From Octopus sinensis (lineage: Eukaryota), in assembly GCF_006345805.1 (NCBI RefSeq), contig NW_021826396.1, forward strand, positions 1 through 12,996: a DNA stretch of 12,996 bases, read 5' to 3'. The notes beneath the pieces were generated by a model. That model made no database searches. It was not told where the DNA came from and saw nothing but the letters and a program-made list of their open reading frames with translations. The first letter of the stretch is position 1. Each line of letters begins with the position of its first letter. Below are positions 7,824 to 12,996 of the stretch, one piece after another. Position numbers and translations under genes: made by a program.

Positions 7824-7945
7824 AGCAGTTTTGGTGTCGTTGTTGTTGGTGGCGGTGGTGGTGGTGGTAGCGGTGATAGTGGTGGTGGTGGTAATTTTGG
7901 TGTTGTTTTGTTGTTTTGTAGTGTGGTGGTGGTGGCGGCGGTGTT
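7208..7945. repeat. (AGT)n grading into (GGT)n/(GTT)n trinucleotide field
   Basis: Direct reading. Variant block duplicated at 7223 and 7346. Confidence 0.95.
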
Positions 7946-8299
7946 TCCAGTCGAAATTTCCCCTCCTCTCATTTTCCTTCTTAACAGTGGTCAGTCACTG
8001 GAAGTCAGATCTGCGTGTGTCAACAATCGGAATACGTGAAAACGATTGGTTGCCGGAAAAATGAAAGAGAGAGAAACGGGAAAAAGAAAAAAGCAAAAAC
8101 TTTCCTCTTTCTTATTTTATTTTTCCGCCGTGAACAGACTAACATTTTCTAAAAATCACTTCACAGCGAACTTGGAAGTGGCTGCTGGTGTTGGTGGTGG
8201 TGGTCGTGGGTGGGTCTGAGAAAGAAATTTCAGCGAAATACGTCTTATTTCATCTTAGATTGCCGACTCACCAAACACGTCGAATCATCCTGCCTGACT

Positions 8300-8998
8300 G
8301 GCATCACCATCGCCGCCTCCACCACTATCATCACAGCCATCATCGTCACCACCATCTTCATGATCATCACCCCTACCACCACCACCACCAACACCACCAA
8401 CAGCATCACTACCGCCAACACCACAACCACCAACACCAACATCATCACCATCAACACTAACACATCAGCATTACCACCACCACCACTACCACCACCAACA
8501 CAACCATCAACATCACTATCACAAACCTCACCACCACCAACACAACCACCACCATCACCATCACCACCATCACCATCACCACCACTACCACCACCACCGC
8601 CATCATCATCATCACCACTACTACCATCACCAACACAACAAACAACCACCACCGCCACCATCATCACCACCATCATCATCACCACCACCACCACCATCAT
8701 CACCACCACCATCACCACCACCACCACCACCACCACCGCCACCATCATCACAACCATCATCACCACCACTACCACCACCTCCATCATCATCACCACCATC
8801 ACCACCACCATCACCATCATCATCACCACCACCACCACCATCATCATTATCACCGCCATCACCACCACTACAACCACTAGTATTGATATCTTTACCATCA
8901 CGAACACCAAATAACAATAACACCATTACCACTCCTAATGCTACCACCACCATCACCATCATCATAATCATCATCATCATCACCACTACAACCAAATC
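8300..8998. repeat. (CAC/ACC)n/(CAT)n trinucleotide field
   Basis: Direct reading. Confidence 0.95.
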
Positions 8999-8999
8999 A

Positions 9000-9415
9000 A
9001 AAGACCAGGAAGCATCATGGAGGTGGCCCAACAAGGGTGACCTAACAAAAATACTGAAAGCCTAATCATTGCTGCCCAGGATCAGGCATTAAATACCAAC
9101 TCAGTGAAAAAGAATATATACCACACAAGTGCATCGGACCTCTGCGGAATATGTGTCAAGCACATTCTTAGTGCTTGTGAAAGTCTTGCGTAGGTACAAC
9201 AAGGTAGCCGAAAACCACTACTGGCTACTATGCCGTAAATATGGATATGGGGTTACGGGAGCTTGGTACAAAAATACACCGGAAAATGTAATGGACGAAA
9301 AGGGGAAGGTAAAAATCCTCTGAGACTTTGATTTCCAGACAGATAGGGTATTAGAGCATCGAAGGCCGGATATAGTAACGTTTAGTAGGGACAAACAAGA
9401 GTGCAGCATCTTCAT
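9000..9415 (+). mobile_element. R4/Dong-like non-LTR fragment: CCHC zinc-knuckle region and start of the restriction-like endonuclease, pseudogenised
   Basis: DQEASWRW..KGDL/TESLIIAAQDQALNT...CGICVKHILSAC/RYNKVA...WLLCRKYG...WY...KIL*DFDFQTDRVLEHRRPDIV. Frameshifts and a W-to-stop change at 9321-9323. Confidence 0.85.
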
Positions 9416-9782
9416 TACAAGGCGAAGGTATTGTTATCAGTTGCGTTTGTTTGTTTGCCCATGGACAAGATATCTCAAGAACCGCTGGATGGATTCAGAT
9501 GAAACTTTCAGGGATGTTTGGCCTTGTGACTGGCACGAACTGATCTGATTTTGGGATCGATCCGGTACCGGACAAGGATTCTGGATTATTTCCTCCTGTT
9601 TTTTTTCTCACTAATCATCATCATCATGAGAGTGGTCAGGTTCATTTTTAGTATTCTCGTTTGTGAGAGCAGTCGAGTTTATTTCAGATATTCTCATTTT
9701 AAAAATCATCTCAGGCTAATCGTTGAGAGGACGTTGGTGTTGCCTTGGTGGAGGTTTGCACTCTCTGAGTGCCCTTGTCATT
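9412..9782 (+). mobile_element. Non-autonomous Helentron-type element (HINE/DINE-1-like)
   Basis: 5' aaggcgaaggt (remnant of the subTIR palindrome) followed by a (GTTT)n microsatellite. 3' subTIR gccttggtggaggt (9742-9755), then hairpin gcactc-tct-gagtgc (9758-9772) just before the terminus. Confidence 0.7.
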
Positions 9783-9794
9783 ATTGTTATCATT

Positions 9795-10008
9795 AAGACG
9801 TTGAGCGGGAACGATCGTTAGCGCTTTGGGCGAAATGCTTAACGGCATTTCGTCCGTCTTTGCGTTCTGAGTTCAAATCCCGCCGAGGTCGACTTTGTCC
9901 TTCATCATTACGGGGTCGACAAATTAAGTACCAGTTACGCACTGGGGTCGATGTAATCGACTAGTTCCCTCTCCTCAAATTTCAGGCCTTGTGCCTATAA
10001 TAGAATCA
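9795..10008 (+). mobile_element. Near full-length tRNA-derived SINE (octopus-type) with AAT tail
   Basis: tRNA-like head with B-box gagttcaaatcc (9869-9880), body ggggtcgacaaattaagtaccagttacgcactggggtcgatgtaatcgact, and end caaatttcaggccttgtgcctataatagaa before (AAT)n. Homologous head fragment at 5367-5448. Confidence 0.85.
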
Positions 10009-10173
10009 TAATAATATATATAATAATAATAATACTAAGATAATAATAATACTGATAATAATGATAATATTAATAATAATAATACTAATACTATACTACT
10101 AATAAGAATAATAATAATAATAACAACAACAATATTATTATTATTATTATTTCATTATTATTATTTATTATTA

Positions 10174-10249
<76 letters not shown>

Positions 10250-10254
10250 TATTA

Positions 10255-10300
<46 letters not shown>

Positions 10301-10400
10301 ATTATTATTATTAATTATATTATATTATTATTATTATTATTATTATATTATTATTATTATATTTATTATTATATTATTATTATTATTATTATTATTATTA
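10008..10400. repeat. (AAT)n switching to (ATT)n at about 10133 (AT-rich quasi-palindrome)
   Basis: Direct reading. Confidence 0.95.
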
Positions 10401-12244
10401 GCAGAGTTATTCTTATTCTTATTTGATTAATAAAAAGAAAAAACTACAAAACGTAATCATAAAGTGAGATTTTAAAATGGCCGTTTTCTACAAAGAAGAC
10501 GACGGCGACGACATTTGCGCAAAACTACCGCCCTTAGCGTGATACGAACCAAAATTTGACGTGTGCCTTGCTAAATCTACTTCATTACAGAGCATCTTAA
10601 TTAGAATTAAATACTTAGGAACATAACACTTGCAGCTGGTTTTGTCGATGGGATGGTTAATAGCCAAAGGGTCCTGCGTTCAGTTCACACTATGCCACAA
10701 CCAATGCGCAATTTCCATGGCTAAGTCACGTACCTTTGCATCGGATCAGTTCACCTAGCAGTAAGTTGTTCCAGCGGTGCACCTCTGGCGTTTTTATAAG
10801 CGACCAGAGTTCGGCAAGCACCAGTGTTTACCTATTGGCAACTCAGGACCGTAATATAGTTTCACAAGTCTGTTTCTTTCTATTGATAAACGCATGTAGA
10901 TGCAATTCTACATAGAAACTTACTCACCCATTTGTATATAGACGTAGACAAATACTTTAAGCCGTAAGGGAACATGATATAAATGTGTTGAGTCTAATAG
11001 TTTTATTCCTGAGCTGGATTAACAACCGATGAAATTACGACTCCCAGTTTTGTGGTCACGTGGTTCATTGTATAACGAACATTGTATCTAGCTTGATTAA
11101 TCGGTTAATGGTGAAACTGGTTGTTGTAATACGATTGATAGGAATACAGCTAACCAAGCACCTGAATGCAAATTACGGTAATGAAAAAATACAGCTTCCT
11201 TAATAGGCACACAAAGGCGCTAGTGTACTGGGCTAAACTAACATCCATAGTAGTCTGGTTTGCATGTATGGGTACATTTTTTAAATTTTGCTTTAAGCCA
11301 AAACAATTTAAGTTATAGAAAAAATAATATACTAGATGGTTTGTACATCTAACTCGCATTTCAATATTTTAGAGTTAGGACAGCTTCTTCAGGAAATCTA
11401 TAGAGATGTAATAAAGTGATGAAATAAAGAGTTACATAAGGCAAACGGGAAATACATTTAAAACCAGGTATACACAGCACGCTCATTCACTCAGATTCAC
11501 TCCCTCTTTATGTCAATATTTATTTTTAATCTTAGGAAAATGATGTTCAAAATATTCTTTATAGTTGACACATTATCTCAATGCTCTAACCGATCAAAAA
11601 CATGCAACTTGTGACTAGTCGGGGAATAAAATATTTTGATACAGCCTTTGAAAATGTTTTTTAACAAAATAGGCAGAAATATAGTTTGTGTGTATATGAA
11701 TAGATATATGTTGAATAAATACTAATAAACACTTCGTTTTTGTATCTGGTTCGCAAGATTCTTTATGTGAATTTGTGCATTGAAACAAATTTTACTGTGT
11801 CTAGGGAGAGTCATTCTGCCAATATAAGTAACACACGCACTGATGCAATTCTATTCCTTTACTATTAGTTAATTGTTTAGATGTGTGTATGTATGTATGC
11901 CTGGATGGTCCTGAACAAATCAGCCGAGCTCATTGTTTAATCAACTCATCAGTTTTGATGTTTAGGTAAATATAAAAATGAAAAGTAATATCATTTCCGC
12001 GCAGCATTCCCCGGGAACATTGGCAAAGGAGAAAGAAGACGAAAGATCACACTTCACAGGCCAAACATTTATTGACAAAGTAAATGACGTACCAAAAACA
12101 TACTGATGCCGAAATATAGACTTTAGAGGGAAAAAGTAATACGTTACATAAATACTTCCAACCGTCTGAGTTGAGTCACTTATGCGATTTCAAAATAAAC
12201 TGGATAGCCAAGGCTGGAACGCCTTGAAACATTAGTCTGTTTAC

Positions 12245-12628
12245 TCACACACACCGACAGATAGATACACACACACACACAGAAGGTCTTTTCAGTCAAT
12301 CTCTCATTTATAGTCCCTCCCTCATAAACTCTCCCTCTCACAGTATCTCTCTCTCTAACAGTCTCTCTCTCACTGTCTTCTCTTCTCTCTCTATCTCTCA
12401 CACAGTCTCCCTCTTTGTAACTGTCTCTCTCTTCTCTCTCACACTCGCATACAGTCTCTCTCTCTCTTCTCTCTCACACTCGCATACAGTCTCTCTCTCT
12501 CTTCTCTCTCACACTCGCATACAGTCTCTCTCTCTCTCTTCTCTCTCACACAGCTCTCTGTCTTAATTTCTTTCTCTTCAACAGTTTTTCTCTCTCTCTC
12601 TCTGTCACAGTCCTGCAGTCTCTCTGTC

Positions 12629-12659
<31 letters not shown>

Positions 12660-12996
12660 TTGATTTTCTTCATCTTCCTGCACACCCACACAGGTCTCTC
12701 AATAACTCTCTCTCTCTCTCCTTCATCCAGATCCCTGCCTCTTCCTCTTCCCTTTATCTCTTCTGCATTCTCTCCCTCACTTCTTACCCTACCTCCTCTT
12801 CCTCTCTTCTTTCTTTCTCTTCAACAAGGAACCAGAAACGTCTCCTCCCGCCTGGAGGGCAGCTGTGGGAAATTGTATGATATTTAGCATCTGGCACTGG
12901 GAGAGACACAGTCACAGACATAGACACACACAGACACACACACACATACACACTCTCAGATAGACGTATAGACAGACAGACAAAAGGGGAGACAGA
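12245..12996. repeat. CT-rich / (CA)n / (ACAG)n low-complexity region with a 35-bp minisatellite
   Basis: acactcgcatacagtctc recurs at 12441, 12476 and 12511. Confidence 0.92.

Noticed and set aside
7549-9034. Poly-V/P/T/G ORFs resembling mucin, extensin or glycine-rich proteins
   Set aside because: GGT/ACC repeats lack stops in several overlapping frames, and there is no signal peptide or splice evidence.
9795-9885. tRNA gene
   Set aside because: A B-box is present, but there is no closable cloverleaf and it continues into a SINE body and AAT tail.
10628-10766. Possible exon (ttgcag acceptor, gtaagt donor)
   Set aside because: All three frames contain stops before the donor and the polypyrimidine tract is weak. 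It could only be non-coding, and that is unsupported.

Overview
Gene-free, microsatellite-dense eukaryotic DNA. The SINE and repeat content resembles octopus/coleoid cephalopod genomes (recognised from memory, not from a database search). No intact host CDS is supported, and nearly all long ORFs in the track are simple-repeat artefacts. The complex islands are transposon relics: two tRNA-type SINE families, an RTE-clade LINE 3' end with two C2H2 fingers, three R4/Dong-like non-LTR fragments, a Helentron-type non-autonomous element (HINE) and a Penelope-like (PLE) RT fragment. The main discovery is a cluster of three different minimal type-I hammerhead ribozyme motifs at 3497-3544 (-), 4055-4142 (+) and 4269-4346 (-). 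Each has a CUGANGA/GAAA core, a GUA cleavage triplet and a palindromic 8-nt stem III. They lie in (TA)n-delimited modules beside a 124-bp hairpin and the PLE RT remnant.
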